A DNA stretch of 64,000 nt from Mobula hypostoma (lineage: Eukaryota): assembly GCF_963921235.1 (NCBI RefSeq), contig NC_086097.1, positions 139,440,001 to 139,504,000 on the forward strand. Direction: 5' to 3'. Made by a program: the position numbers and the translations under genes. Numbering within the stretch: the stretch's first letter is position 1; every line of letters begins with the position of its first letter. The notes below the pieces were generated by a model. That model worked only from the letters and a program-made list of their open reading frames with translations, was not told the DNA's origin and made no database searches. Shown piece after piece: positions 1 to 11,349 of the stretch.

Positions 1-236
1 TCACACCGTGGGATGGACGGTGCTGAGGGAGTGTCACACTGTGGGATGTACAGTACTGAGGGAATATCACACTGTGGGATGGACAGTACTGATGGAGTGT
101 CACACTGTGGGATGGACAGTACTAAGGGAGTGTCACACTGTGGGATGGACGGTACTGGGGAAGTGTCACACTGTGGTAGTGCAGGTTAAGGTAGTGTCAG
201 ACTGTGAGAAGGGTAGGACTGTGGGTATGCCACACT
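1..236. repeat. 33-bp minisatellite (tcacactgtgggatggacagtactgagggagtg), about 5-6 copies
   Basis: Visible tandem periodicity; produces the spurious 11-aa repeat ORF 8..271. Confidence 0.9.
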
Positions 237-468
237 GTTCGGCGAGAGAACAGTGTGGCAAGTGGATTTGAGTAGAAGTGTAGAGAAATTCTGTTCCAAT
301 TATACTGGTATCTGGCGAGATGGCATCTAGAATATTACGTGTAGGGCTGGATAGATAACTGCAATGAAATCAAAGTCAAGTCTGCTGTCATATAGACAAA
401 ATGTGTCTGGAGGGATGCAATAAAAAAATCTAACTTGCAGTAACATCACAGGCATATAGCATCATATA

Positions 469-1573
469 CAGTGGCATGCAAAAGTTTGGGCACCCCGGTC
501 AAAATTTCCGTTTCTGTGAATAGCTAAGCGAGTAAAAGATGACCTGATTTCCAAAAGGCATAAAGTTATAGATGACACATTTTTTTAATATTTTAAGCAA
601 GAAAACTTTTTTTTATTTTCACCTTTTACCATTTCAAAATAACAAAATAGGAAAAGGGCCCAAAGCAAATGTTTGGGCACCCTGCATAGCAGTACTTAGT
701 AACACCCCCTTTGGCAAGTATCACAGCTTGTAAACGCTTTTTGTAGCCAGCTAAGAGTCTTTCAATTCTTGTTTGGGGGATTTTCGCCCATTCTTCCTTG
801 CAAAAGGCTTCTAGTGCTGGGAGATTCGTGGGCCCTCTTGCATGCACTGCTATTTTGAGGTCTATCCACAGATTCTCAATGATGTTTAGGTCAGGGGACT
901 GTGAGGGCCATGGCAAAACCTTCAGCTTGCACCTCTTGAGGTAGTCCATTGTGGATTTTGAGGCGTGTTTAGGTTCATTATCCTGTGGTAGAAGCCATCC
1001 TCTTTTCATCTTCGGCTTTTTTACAGATGGTGTGATGTTTGCTTCCAGAATTTGCTGGTATTTAATTGAATTCATTCTTCCCTCTACCAGTAAATGTTCC
1101 CCGTGCCACTGGCTGGAACACAAACCCAAAGCATGATCGATCCACCCCTGTGCTTAGCGGTTGGAGAGGTGTTCTTTTCATGAAATTCTGCACCCTTTTT
1201 TCTCCAAACATACCTTTGCTCATTGCAGCCAAAAAGTTCTATTTTAACTTCATCATTCCACAGGACTTGTTTCCAAAATGCATCAGACTTCTTTCCTTTG
1301 AACCTTTTGAATCGAACTTTTTGGCCAAATGAGCAAAGTTATGTTTAGAGAAATAAGGGTGCAGAATTTCATGAAAAGAACCCCTCTCCAACCTTTTTTG
1401 TTATTTTGAAACTGTAAAAGATGGAAATAAAAATGTTTTCTTGCTTAAAATATTAAAGAAATGTATCATCTTTAACTTTATGCCTTTTGGAAATCAGTTC
1501 ATCTTTTACTCACTTAGCTATTCACAATAACAGAAATTTTGACCAGGGGTGCCCAAACTTTTGCATGCCACCG
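469..1573 (-). mobile_element. Tc1/mariner DNA transposon, internally deleted
   Basis: TA flanks (467-468, 1574-1575); long TIRs of about 180-200 bp starting cagtggcatgcaaaagtttgggcacccc; partial DD34E transposase at 626-1129 (QDNEPKH...SPDLNIIENLW). Confidence 0.95.
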
Positions 1574-3042
1574 TAAGCATCATTCACAGAAACCTCTATT
1601 ACATAGAGCTTTGCAAGGTGATCACAGTGTTGCTAGACTGATATTGTGATTAGCGTTTTCAGATTGGTCCTAGAAATGAAAGGATGAAAAGATGCAGCTG
1701 TTCTTGAACAAATGAAAGTTCACAAGATCCATTGGAGCCACGAGGAGAGATTGCATATGTACATATTAAAATGAGAGATGATCTTACCGAAACTTAGAAA
1801 TTCCTGCCTGGGTGCATAGGACCAGGTGTCACATTGTCAGAATATGAAATTGTCATTCAGGGCAAAGCTGAGGGAAATGACTGCGTAATTCTCTCCCTCA
1901 CAAAGCTGTGAAGTTCAGTCACTGTGTACTCAAGGCTGGTACTGACAGATGTTTGGGATTTGGATGAAGTAATCAATCAGGACAGATGAATAGCAGGGTG
2001 GGCGTGAGGAACTGTTTGTAATGAAATCGTCCCTTCACTGAGTGGAGGTGCCCTTTACCATTTCTCCCAGGAATGCCCATGTATGATTTATGTGTTCTCT
2101 CCAGAGAAATCCTGCATAACTCGTGCATCCTCTCACCTTCTCCAGGTATCAAAGTGTGGGGGAGCCGGAACCGAGTGAGGAGGAATCTGGTGGTCCTCAG
2201 CAAGTCGACAGCAACTCTCTACTCTTGGACAGCAGCTATCGAAGTACGTGGGAGGGGAGGGGTTTCAGTACCTCCCCGAGCTTCCCCATTGTATCGTACT
2301 CTGAATTGCTCCTGACACCAGGCTCTGAACCAATCCAGGACCTCTGGTACAAGAGACAAGACATGTCCCACCTCCACCCCAAACTCTGCTCCAATCTGTA
2401 GACCACCCAACCCCAGACATACCCTCATCCCAGGGTTCATGATGGCAGCACTCTCTGATCAAATCTGTGGAGGGGCAGTGGAGGGAGTTTCTCACTCTCT
2501 ATCTCTCTTGGTCTCTCATTTCACTGCCCTCTGGGGAGTGTCCTCTGTGGGTTCAGGCTGACTAACCAGGAGTACCTACCTCTTATCAACTCGTAGGCAT
2601 TTCCTCATGGTCAAGGGCATGGTAACATCTACCCATCTCTGCTCAGCTCTGAAGCCACTCTGGTTCTCCCTCCCCAACCCTATTCTGTCAAATCTGCGGC
2701 CCACTCTCTCCTGACTCCAAGACCCAGCCTACAGTCTGCACAACCTGCAGGTGATAGCAACAAACAACCTGCTGAACTCAAAGGATCTGGGAGCATCTGT
2801 TGGGGCAAATGAATTACCAATGTTTTCATTCAGAGTCCTGCCTCAATACTGAGAGGAGAGTGCCAAGCCGGGTGTCTGAGTTGAGTGGTGGACTGAGGAG
2901 GGGGGTACGTTGGTGGATGGTGTTTGACTGCTGTAGTTAGTGACACACATTGGGTCTGGAAGGCATTCCCTGCTGGGATTCTTACATTTGACCCCTCCAC
3001 CTTACTCCCCGTGTCAACATGTCGGTGATTCTCATTTTCCAG

Positions 3043-3133
3043 GTGAATAAAGATTCTGAGGTTGTGCTACGGGAGAACGTCATTGTCGGCTTTGAGCAGA
3101 TTGGTTATCACATTAATGGAGAGCCATGTCCCG
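3043..3133 (+). CDS. PKHD1L1: PKHD1L1-like exon (VNKDSEVVLRENVIVGFEQIGYHINGEPCP)
   Basis: ttttccag|...|gtgagt, 91 nt, phase 0 to 1; resembles fibrocystin-L 'NNVVAGF..GYRIDGEPCPG'. Confidence 0.9.
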
Positions 3134-3829
3134 GTGAGTCCCCAGCATCACTGCCTTGGATGTGCACACATTACCGTTGTCATCCAGACCTTCGGAAAGC
3201 AGGCCCACAGGGCTGCACAAAGAACCCAGCGTCTGTGATCTCAACCAGCGGACTGCTCTGAAAATTCCCAAAGCCTCCACTTGGCTCAAAGGGCTGAATT
3301 ACGGCGAGAAGCTGCAGAAACACTGTGAGACCTCAAAGGCTGGGGTATTGGTGTGAAACTGACTCTGGGAATGAATAGAGGGGTATTGTTCCTTGGTTGG
3401 GAGGATTAGGAGCAAAGGAGGAACAGATTTACAGCCTGTCCATTTTCAAGTATGATCAGTGTTTTAAGCCGTGTTGGGAGCTAGCCACTACCTGTGTCTC
3501 TATGATATCTGAAGGAGTCAATTTCACTCGGTGGGCCTACAAGGTACAATGAAGGGAGAGAACTGGTGGATCTGTGGCCTGAAGTCAGCATCTACCCTAA
3601 ACCTGGGACTGGTTGAAGGGGAAGAATAGCCTTCATCTGGGCGAGGGAGAACAAGGAGCTGGTGAATAGTGAGTGGGGTGAGAGTGGGAGCTACAAGTCA
3701 CCAAAAGGAGATGTTTCAGACCCGGAAGAAGCTTCTAGGTTGAAACAAGAGTGGAGTTTTCAGACGAGACCTCTGCTGAATGGGGTTAGGGAACACGTGC
3801 GTGATGTAACCACTGGCCATTGTCTGCAG

Positions 3830-3978
3830 GACAACCAAACCTTGCTGAACCTTGGGCTAATAACGAGGTCCGTGGAGGACGGATTGGTGTTTACATGAAT
3901 GGAGATGGATTCCCCAAATGCTCTCTTATCCAAGGTTTCATCGTCTGGAAATGCCAGGACTTTGGCATCTACTTCCAG
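3830..3978 (+). CDS. PKHD1L1: PKHD1L1-like exon (QPNLAEPWANNEV...CSLIQGFIVWKCQDFGIYFQ)
   Basis: ctgcag|...|gtaagg, 149 nt, phase 1 to 0. Confidence 0.93.
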
Positions 3979-4424
3979 GTAAGGAGTCACCTTTCACTTT
4001 CAGGCCCTTGAGTTCCTCTTACTCAAAGGACGCTTGTTCCCTGTTCCTCAGTCCACTCACCGGTGCCAGGGACTAACCAGGAAGTCACTGCCTTGAGTCA
4101 GTTGAGTGATCACCCAGGTAACGTTTGACTATTTACACTTCACCTCACCTGTAGCTTTGGAAGTGTACGGTGACTGACCTGAGGTAATGGCTGCCTGTAT
4201 GGACCATGCTGCTGGTCTACAGAGACTGATGAATCTCACCTTTGGTCCGCTGTGCTAAATGCAAGAGCCTCCAGTAACAACAGAACTAAATTTCCCAGTT
4301 GAAGTTGGTGCCCCTTTCATCAATTGAGTGATTAGCACAGGCAACTGAGGATGAACTTTTAGTTAATGACAATTCATACATGTCGGTGAGCGACTGTCAC
4401 TGAACGTCCTGCGTGACTTGCTAC

Positions 4425-4760
4425 ACTCTGTAGGTGTTGGGGTAGGATTGTCAGTGAGGGTCCTGGCTGAGAGGGTATTGTTTGTGGGTTTTTAGTGTGG
4501 GACTGTTACTGAGGGTCCTGTCTGAGTTGGTACAGTCTGTAGGTGTTGGAGTAGGCTTGTTAATGAGGGTACTGGCTGAGATGGTACAGTTTGTGGGTCT
4601 CGGGGTGGAACTGTCACTCAGTGCCCTGCCATGATGGTGCAATTTGTAGGTGTTGAGGTAGGATTGACTGAGAGGGTACTGGCCGAGATGGTACAGCATG
4701 TGCATGTCAAGGTAGGAACTTATCAGTGTGTCGGTGAGGGGCCTCACTGAGATAGTACAG
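4425..4760. repeat. degenerate 54-55-bp minisatellite
   Basis: Recurrent tgtaggtgttg...gagggtactggctgagatggtacag units. Confidence 0.7.
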
Positions 4761-5456
4761 GACCTTGGTGCATTTCAGTGGACTTCAACTGTGGTTCTTT
4801 CTGTCTTTCAACCAACTATCCTTGAAACAGGCACCCTGGAATGATTCCTGGGATGAGGGTTTTGTCCTCTTACAAGAGATTTAGAGAGTTCTGGAGTTTG
4901 GAAGAAAGAGGTTTTTGCATTTGAACGATTTTGGAGAGATGGCCAGGCGAGCTGACATCTCTCCCAGCCGGAGGGCTGAGAATCAGGGGACACAGTGTCA
5001 GGATGGTTTGATGAGTTAGGAGTAAAATAAGAAACATTTCTTTAACCAAGAAGGTTATAAATGCACTGAAATTTTCTACATCAAAAGTTGCTAGGCTATC
5101 ACGTGCATGTAAGGCTGATTGTTGATATTTGGGAATACAGAGATCATCTGACAGGGATCGTGCAGTGTTCTTGGCCCTGTCCTCTCCACTGTTTCCTTGC
5201 TTTTATTATAAGATCAAATATGGAGATGTCCCCTAATGATGCACAATGATCATTTCCATTCCCAAGTGAAATAACAAATGTCTGCATTCTGCAAAATTTA
5301 GACAACACTCAGGCATGGCTAATGACAAGTAACATTCAGGCCACATAAGTGCCAAACAGTGTCTAGCTCCAAACACAGACTGTCTAATACCTACCCTTGA
5401 CATTTCATGCCTTGACCAACCAGGGACTAGAAACTCACATGTACCAGCCATGGCTG

Positions 5457-6004
5457 TGTAATGCCCTGGGAAAGGATTCACTGTCAATGTAAAGGTTTCA
5501 CTGTAGCAGCAGTGTTTGGGTTATGACTAGAGATACCAGGGACTTTGGAATGTGCGGCATCCAATGAGGGGAGTGTTTTTTCTTCTTGTGTACCTGAGAA
5601 CGAGGTATTCGTGGTCTTTTGTTCGGTGAGAGATGAAGGGAGAAGACGCGAGAAAGGAGAGGCTGTAGACTGTAGGACGGAGTGGACTTGGAGTGAGGGT
5701 CCAGGAGTCGACGACGCCCAGGGGAAATCGATGGAGGACTGAGGGACGGGAAACCGTAAGCTCCAACGTGCACATTAGACTGTTTCACTAAAATGGGCCC
5801 TTTTTCTTTTTGCTTTTCTTTACTAACCCTCTGGTCAAATTAAGAATTGTAAAGATAAATTGTTTAATTGCATATGGTGTACTGTCTGATATTTCATGGT
5901 ACTGATCTGTAACAGGGTAACACATCACACAGCATCCACACAAACGAGATTTCAGAGACTGTCTTCCCCTCGACTAACACGGCCAGCTGAACCTGAGGGT
6001 GACA
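5457..6004. mobile_element. solo LTR (Gypsy-like)
   Basis: TGTAA...TGACA termini, 548 bp, flanked by a 4-bp TSD GCTG (5453-5456 and 6005-6008). Confidence 0.75.
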
Positions 6005-6098
6005 GCTGCAAGGGCAGGTCAGAGTGAGAAATGTCCTCCAGTTGGAGAGTGTGTATCAGTTTTTGTTCAGTTTGAAAACTAACTTGTCCTTGTTACAG

Positions 6099-6221
6099 GT
6101 AAAAGATTCTGTGCAAGTCTCTAACGTGACTCTGGTGGACAACGGACTGGGTATTTTTCCAATGATTTATGGACCTCCTGCACTCTCACATCAGATATCC
6201 AATAAAACTGTTCATGTTACT
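6099..6221 (+). CDS. PKHD1L1: PKHD1L1-like exon (VKDSVQVSNVTLVDNG...NKTVHVT)
   Basis: ttacag|...|gtaagt, 123 nt, phase 0 to 0. Confidence 0.93.
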
Positions 6222-7069
6222 GTAAGTGCTCTCACTCTGCTGCATTAATCTGTCCAGAGCCATGGCATAGGTTGCCAAAGTGAAGCTTTACTCATTCTTG
6301 CTCAACATACTGAGTGCTAGTTGAGGTGGTTCGCTCTTGTTGAGAGGTTATGAAGCTCCCTGTGTCTGGTTTTATACACACTGTAGAACATGGTTAGTAA
6401 CAAATCAGGTCAAATACATGGAGAGAATAACTCAGTGCAAGGTCAGAACTGGCTCCCCAGTAAGATGGGGGGAAGCAGGTAATGTTGGTTCACTTATAGA
6501 ACATAGAGCACTACAGCACAGCACAGCATAGGCCCTTTGGCCCACTATGTTGTGCTAACCTTATAACCTTCTCTAAGATCAATCTGACCCTTCCCTCCTA
6601 CAGAGACCTCCATTTTCCTATCATCTATGTGCCCATCTAAGAGTTTTTTAAATGTCCCTAATGTATCTGCCTCGACCACCACTCACCAGTCTCTTAGTAA
6701 AGAACTTGCCTCTAACTTCCCCTCTAAAGTTTCCTCCAATCACTTAAAATTATACATCACCCTTTGGGATGCATTGTTTGAAAACTTAAGCCATGGACCT
6801 CCAGTTCCAAAGTTCCCCCAACCAGAGTTTTCATCTGCACCCCTCAATGACCCCTTGCCCCCAAGGCTGTGTCTGCTGGGTGCACTGATCAGTGAGCAGC
6901 CCTTGACAATTTTAGTAGGATGGGATTAGATAGACCTTGGTATTTCTTCAAGAAATGGGAAAATTATCCAGAGGTATTCTATGCAGAATGATGGTCCAGT
7001 GATTTCAGAACATACAGATAATCGCAGTAATTTTTTGTTAATTTCCATGTTGATTTTTTTTCCCGAAAG

Positions 7070-7178
7070 AATGCCCTGATTGTTGGTGTTAGCCCTGGCT
7101 TCAATTGCTCAGATACTCTGCAAAACAATTCTGATTCAACCAATACAGGGAACAAATGGAGTTCCAGACAGCCTTGGG
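7070..7178 (+). CDS. PKHD1L1: PKHD1L1-like exon (NALIVGVSPGFNCSD...SRQPW)
   Basis: T-rich tract then cgaaag|...|gtaaga, 109 nt; LIVGxSPGFNCSD motif. Confidence 0.88.
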
Positions 7179-7267
7179 GTAAGAACAGTCCTTTCAAAGA
7201 ACAATGAAAGTGTGGTTTTTTTTGTGGGAGGCCTGGGTCTAATCAGTGTGCTCTCTCCCTGCCTCAG

Positions 7268-7381
7268 GAAGGAGCGAGATCTGTTGGCCAACATTTGCCT
7301 CGGCGAGCAACTTTGCACCTCGACACCAGCACTCTGTGCTGGTCAGCTACCCAGCCATTAGTGGGCTAATGATGGTGCGGA
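7268..7381 (+). CDS. PKHD1L1: PKHD1L1-like exon (GRSEICWPTFASASNFAPRH...YPAISGLMMVR)
   Basis: cctcag|...|gtaagt, 114 nt, following an 89-nt intron; ICWPTFAS motif. Confidence 0.9.
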
Positions 7382-7424
7382 GTAAGTGAAGGGATCGCGT
7401 CAAAGGCTGCAGGTGTGAGTGACC

Positions 7425-7730
7425 AGTGACACAGTGAAGCAGTGGGTAGAGCCACAGTCTTACAGACCCAGAGACCCGGGTTAAGTCCCAACCTCGGGTA
7501 CTGCCTGTGGAGTTTGCATGTTCTTCCTGTATATGTGTGGGTTTCCTCCCACGTCCCAATGATTGGTAAGTTAATTAGCACCATAACTTGCCCGTGGAGT
7601 TTTGGTGAGTAGTAGAATTGCAGGCAGTGGATGGGTATGCGGGGAGAATAAAATGAGTTTAGTTTATGTGAGGGATGATGATCGCACTTGATGGGTCAAA
7701 GGGCTTGTTTCTGTTTCTGTCATCTCCATA
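7425..7730 (+). mobile_element. V-SINE/HE1-like tRNA-derived SINE
   Basis: tRNA-like head, 'gtggagtttgcatgttct...gtgggtttcctcc' V-domain, CR1-type tail. Similar copies at about 38780-38980 and 39525-39820. Confidence 0.65.
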
Positions 7731-8118
7731 ACCCCATGGGATGTCTTTGAGCTGAGAATGTGGTCTCGGTTCATAGAGCATCCTCAGTTATTCCAGTCTA
7801 AACCGCCAGGAGAGGGGCAACTGCGTCCTGGGTAGATGGTAGGAGGGAATGTGTCATCATGGGTGGTGGCTGGAGAAATGGGGAGGGGTGGGGTGACAAG
7901 GAGAGGTTTGAGTGGGAGAGCTTGTGCCTGAAGGGGTGGAAGGATGGGCGAGGGGTGCTGGGGTGGGAAGGGAGGGAGGGGTTGGGATCAGAAGGAGCAT
8001 TTGTTCTTTGGGTCCCCTGAGGCACCCAGAGAGATATTTTGGACAAGCTGAGATGTTAATGCTGTTTAATTAGACGTTTGTTACTTCAGTGACATTCCTG
8101 CTTTTCCTTTCCCCAAAG

Positions 8119-8284
8119 ACACAATGTTTGTGGGATTCCGGGGTGTGTGTTCCAAGGAGCTGAACACCATGTTTATCAGTAACCCTAACAACGAGGACAT
8201 GCAACACCCTGTGCTGGTGGAGGGGATCACCATCGACCAGAGTGAGGAGCGAGGGAAGGTCTTCATACACAGGCCTGATGTCAC
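8119..8284 (+). CDS. PKHD1L1: PKHD1L1-like exon (TMFVGFRGVCSKE...NPNNEDMQHP...KVFIHRPDV)
   Basis: ccaaag|...|gtgagt, 166 nt, phase 1 to 2. Confidence 0.92.
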
Positions 8285-9123
8285 GTGAGTTAGGGAGTGT
8301 CACTGTGGAGGCTCGAACCTGGGGAGCCTTCCCACTGACTGGTGGGTGGGGCGAGAGGGGGTGTGATGGTGGGTAGTGAACCAGTTCAATTACAAGTCAC
8401 TCATTCTGATGAAGGCCGAGCAGCCTCGGTTTCCTCTCCACAACTGCTGTCTGACCTGCCGAGTGTTCTCTCCACGTCATCTTTCTTTCAGATTTCAGGC
8501 ATTTGCAGGATTTTGCTGTCAGCCCCCTTTCCTCCTCCTCATACATCCAACAGGGACTTGTTCTCAATTAATCTCCCCCTCTGTGGCTCTTGGGACAAAG
8601 ACTCCTTCTTCCCCCAGTGTGACCTCGGCCAGCAAAGCACCCACTCTCAACAACTGACCAAGTAATATTGCCCCTGCTCTTCCCTCACCAAAGGGGCACC
8701 TGTGTGTTGGGGTTACATACCTGTGTGACTATGTACCTGTATGCCCGGCTGTGGCTGTGTCTGAGTTTGTGCACATACTTGGCAGTGTATGTGCATATCT
8801 AACATTCCTCCCTGTCCCTATGGTTCTATTTCCTGTTATTTCATCCAGAGCTAGACATTCCAAAGTGGGACTCCTCCCTCTCCCCTCCAACCCCAAACAA
8901 ACCCTGACTGAGTCTCAGGTTCTCAGGAAAGCTGCAGACGCTGGAAATCTGAAATTAAAAAAAAAACAAAATACTGGAATCACTTAGCAGGACAGGTAGC
9001 ATCTGTGGGGAGAGAAATGGAGACAATGTTCCCGGCTGAAAGTCCTTCTTCAGGAGCCTTCTGTGCTCCTGGGATCTACTGTTGCTGGGAAAGCCTCTCC
9101 TATCACCCCTGTCTCTGTTCCAG

Positions 9124-9351
9124 TAAGGTGAACCCCAGTGACTGTGTGGACATGGATTGTGATGGCAAGAAGAAAGCCCTGCTGAAAGACCTCGATGGCT
9201 CATTCCTGGGGGGAGTGGGAGCTGTCATCCCACAGTCGGAGTATGAGTGGAATGGAGACAAACGCCGTGGGTGATTACCGGATCCCAGAAGTTCTGCTGA
9301 CATATTTGAACGGGAGCCGTATTCCTGTATCCCAAGTGGCGCCACACAAAG
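9124..9351 (+). CDS. PKHD1L1: PKHD1L1-like exon with internal frameshift (KVNPSDCVDMDCDG...GDKRRG* / GDYRIPEVLLTYLNGSRIP...PHK)
   Basis: ttccag|...|gtcaga, 228 nt where 3n+2 is required. The two homologous halves lie in different frames; TGA at 9272-9274. Confidence 0.88.
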
Positions 9352-9389
9352 GTCAGAACCATGTGCTGGGGGAGACAGAGGAGGGGGCA

Positions 9390-9945
9390 GCAGTCTAGGA
9401 AGTCATGATCAGATTGTATAGGGTGCTGCTGAGGCTGCACGCGATGTGTTGTCTTCAGATTTGGTCATCCTGCTATAAAAAACTGTTATTAAACTAGAAC
9501 ACGTTCAAGAAGATTTATAAGGATGTTGCCATGGATTGGGGGACTGAACTGAAGTGAGAGGTTGGACAGGTTAGGACTTTCTTCCTTGGAGCATGGAGAC
9601 TGAGAGGTGATCTTACAGTGTATAAAACCATGAAGAGCACAGGGAGGGTGAATGTACTCAGTCTTCTTCCTCATGGTGGGAGAATCAAGAATTAGAGGGG
9701 ATAAGTTTAAAGTGAAAGGGGAGAGATTTAACAGGAACTTGAGGGGAAACTGGTCTTACACAATGCTTTGCCGGAGGAGGTGGTTGAGGCAGGTACAATA
9801 ATAATTACTAAAAGGCAGACAGACAGGTACATGGATAGTGAAGGTTTACAAGGTTTTGGGCCAAACGATGGCAAGTGGGACTTGCTTGGATGGGACAATG
9901 GGCCGAAGGGCCTGTTTTTCCATAGAGTGATTCTGTGACTCTATC
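9390..9945 (+). mobile_element. CR1 LINE 3' fragment
   Basis: Degenerate 'LVRLH...QIWS...RRLRGDL' coding remnant and CR1 3' UTR (gggccgaagggcctgttt). Confidence 0.75.
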
Positions 9946-10027
9946 CAATTCCACATTCTCTGGCAGCAAGTTCCACATACCAACCACTGAAGCCAGTGAC
10001 ATTTTACCTTGGTACAGATGACAGAAA

Positions 10028-10247
10028 GCCGGCTGGTGGCGTAGTAGCATCAGCGCCGGACTTCGGAGCGAAGGCTCCCGAGTTCGAATCCAGCTGGCCC
10101 CCTTGCACGCTTTCCATCCGTGCTGGGTTGAGCGTTGAGGTAGCAATTCAGCCTCGTAAAAATAAGAAAGCCTGCTAAAAGAAAAACGCCATCATGACGG
10201 CATCCCGATGACTCCACTCGGAGTTAAGGGCTTTCTCCTCCTTCTTC
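10028..10247 (+). mobile_element. young tRNA-derived SINE
   Basis: A box TGGCGTAGTAG, B box GAGTTCGAATC, (CTT)n-like tail, 14-bp TSD tacagRtgacagaa (10013-10026 and 10248-10261), CpG-rich. Confidence 0.85.
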
Positions 10248-10696
10248 TACAGGTGACAGAAGAATCAGGATTCGGGCGTTTCCCCTCCACCCATGACAGG
10301 CGCACAGCATCTGTGGGCAGAAGTCAGGTCACTGACAAAGGAGCCATCTAAATCTGGGCCAGTTCTTCCGTGCCGAGCTGCAAGGAGAGCAGTGCTTCAG
10401 TTACAAACAGTTTTGAGAGAGAATTTATTTCTGGTGACAGAAGAGCAGTCAAGGGGGTTCAGGAAACTGGGGACATACTGACAAGTGCTGGGACCCATGA
10501 GCTGTGGAGGATGAGCATGGGGGGGCCATTTGGATGTGATAAATGGCCTCTATCTATGATGTAATAGATTATAACCCCTGTGTAAAGAGTGGGGGTTGCA
10601 TTTGGAGATGGTATGATGTGGAAGTGTTGAAACAATCAGATTTTGTTCTTTCCCTTTCAGAAACTGCCTTTAATACCTCTGATTTTGTTCCCACAG

Positions 10697-10864
10697 GGAT
10701 TATCAGAGATTCCACCTGCACCTACATACCTGAGTGGCAAAGTTACAAGTGCTTTGGGCTGAACTATGAGTTGCTGGTTATTGAGAGCCTGGACTCCGAT
10801 ACTGAACGCAGGAGACTGTCCCCGGTGGCCCTGCTCTGCGATGGCTACTTGGACCTCATCAATG
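10697..10864 (+). CDS. PKHD1L1: PKHD1L1-like exon (GIIRDSTCTYIPEWQSY...RRLSPVA...DLIN)
   Basis: ccacag|...|gtgcgt, 168 nt. Confidence 0.94.
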
Positions 10865-11349
10865 GTGCGTCTGCTTTCTGCCATCAGTGGTGGAAGCCAA
10901 GAATTCAGTCCTGACATCCGATCCAGTCATCAGCCGGTCATCTTACTCCTTGCCTGTGTCAGGGACTCCTGCATCCAGTCCTCACTGTGTACCTCCAGAG
11001 ATCCCAGCACCTGAACTCACCGCTTCTCCCACCACACACACTATCTGAACTGCAAAGTGTTTCCAATGTTTTCTGTCGGTAATGTAGCTCTGTAAGGGCA
11101 GACCTTGTAGAGGGGCGTGGATAGGGTGAATGCACACAGTCTTTTCCCCATGGAAAGGGAAGCAAAAACTAGAGGGTATAGGTTTAAGGCAGGGATTCCC
11201 AACCTTTTTTTAATGACATGGACCATTTAGCAAAAGGTCTGTGGACCCCAGGTTGGGGAAAGACTTAAAAGGAACCTGAGGTGTAACTTCTTCACCATCG
11301 AGGACCATCTCTATATGGAACAAGCTGCCAGGGGAAGTGATTGAGGCAG

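Noticed and set aside
1..236. Regular repeats resembling a CRISPR array or repeat protein (ORF 8..271)
   Set aside because: The units are contiguous with no unique spacers; eukaryotic minisatellite, no cas genes.
10028..10100. tRNA gene
   Set aside because: The A/B boxes are followed by a SINE body, simple-repeat tail and TSD; no convincing full cloverleaf.
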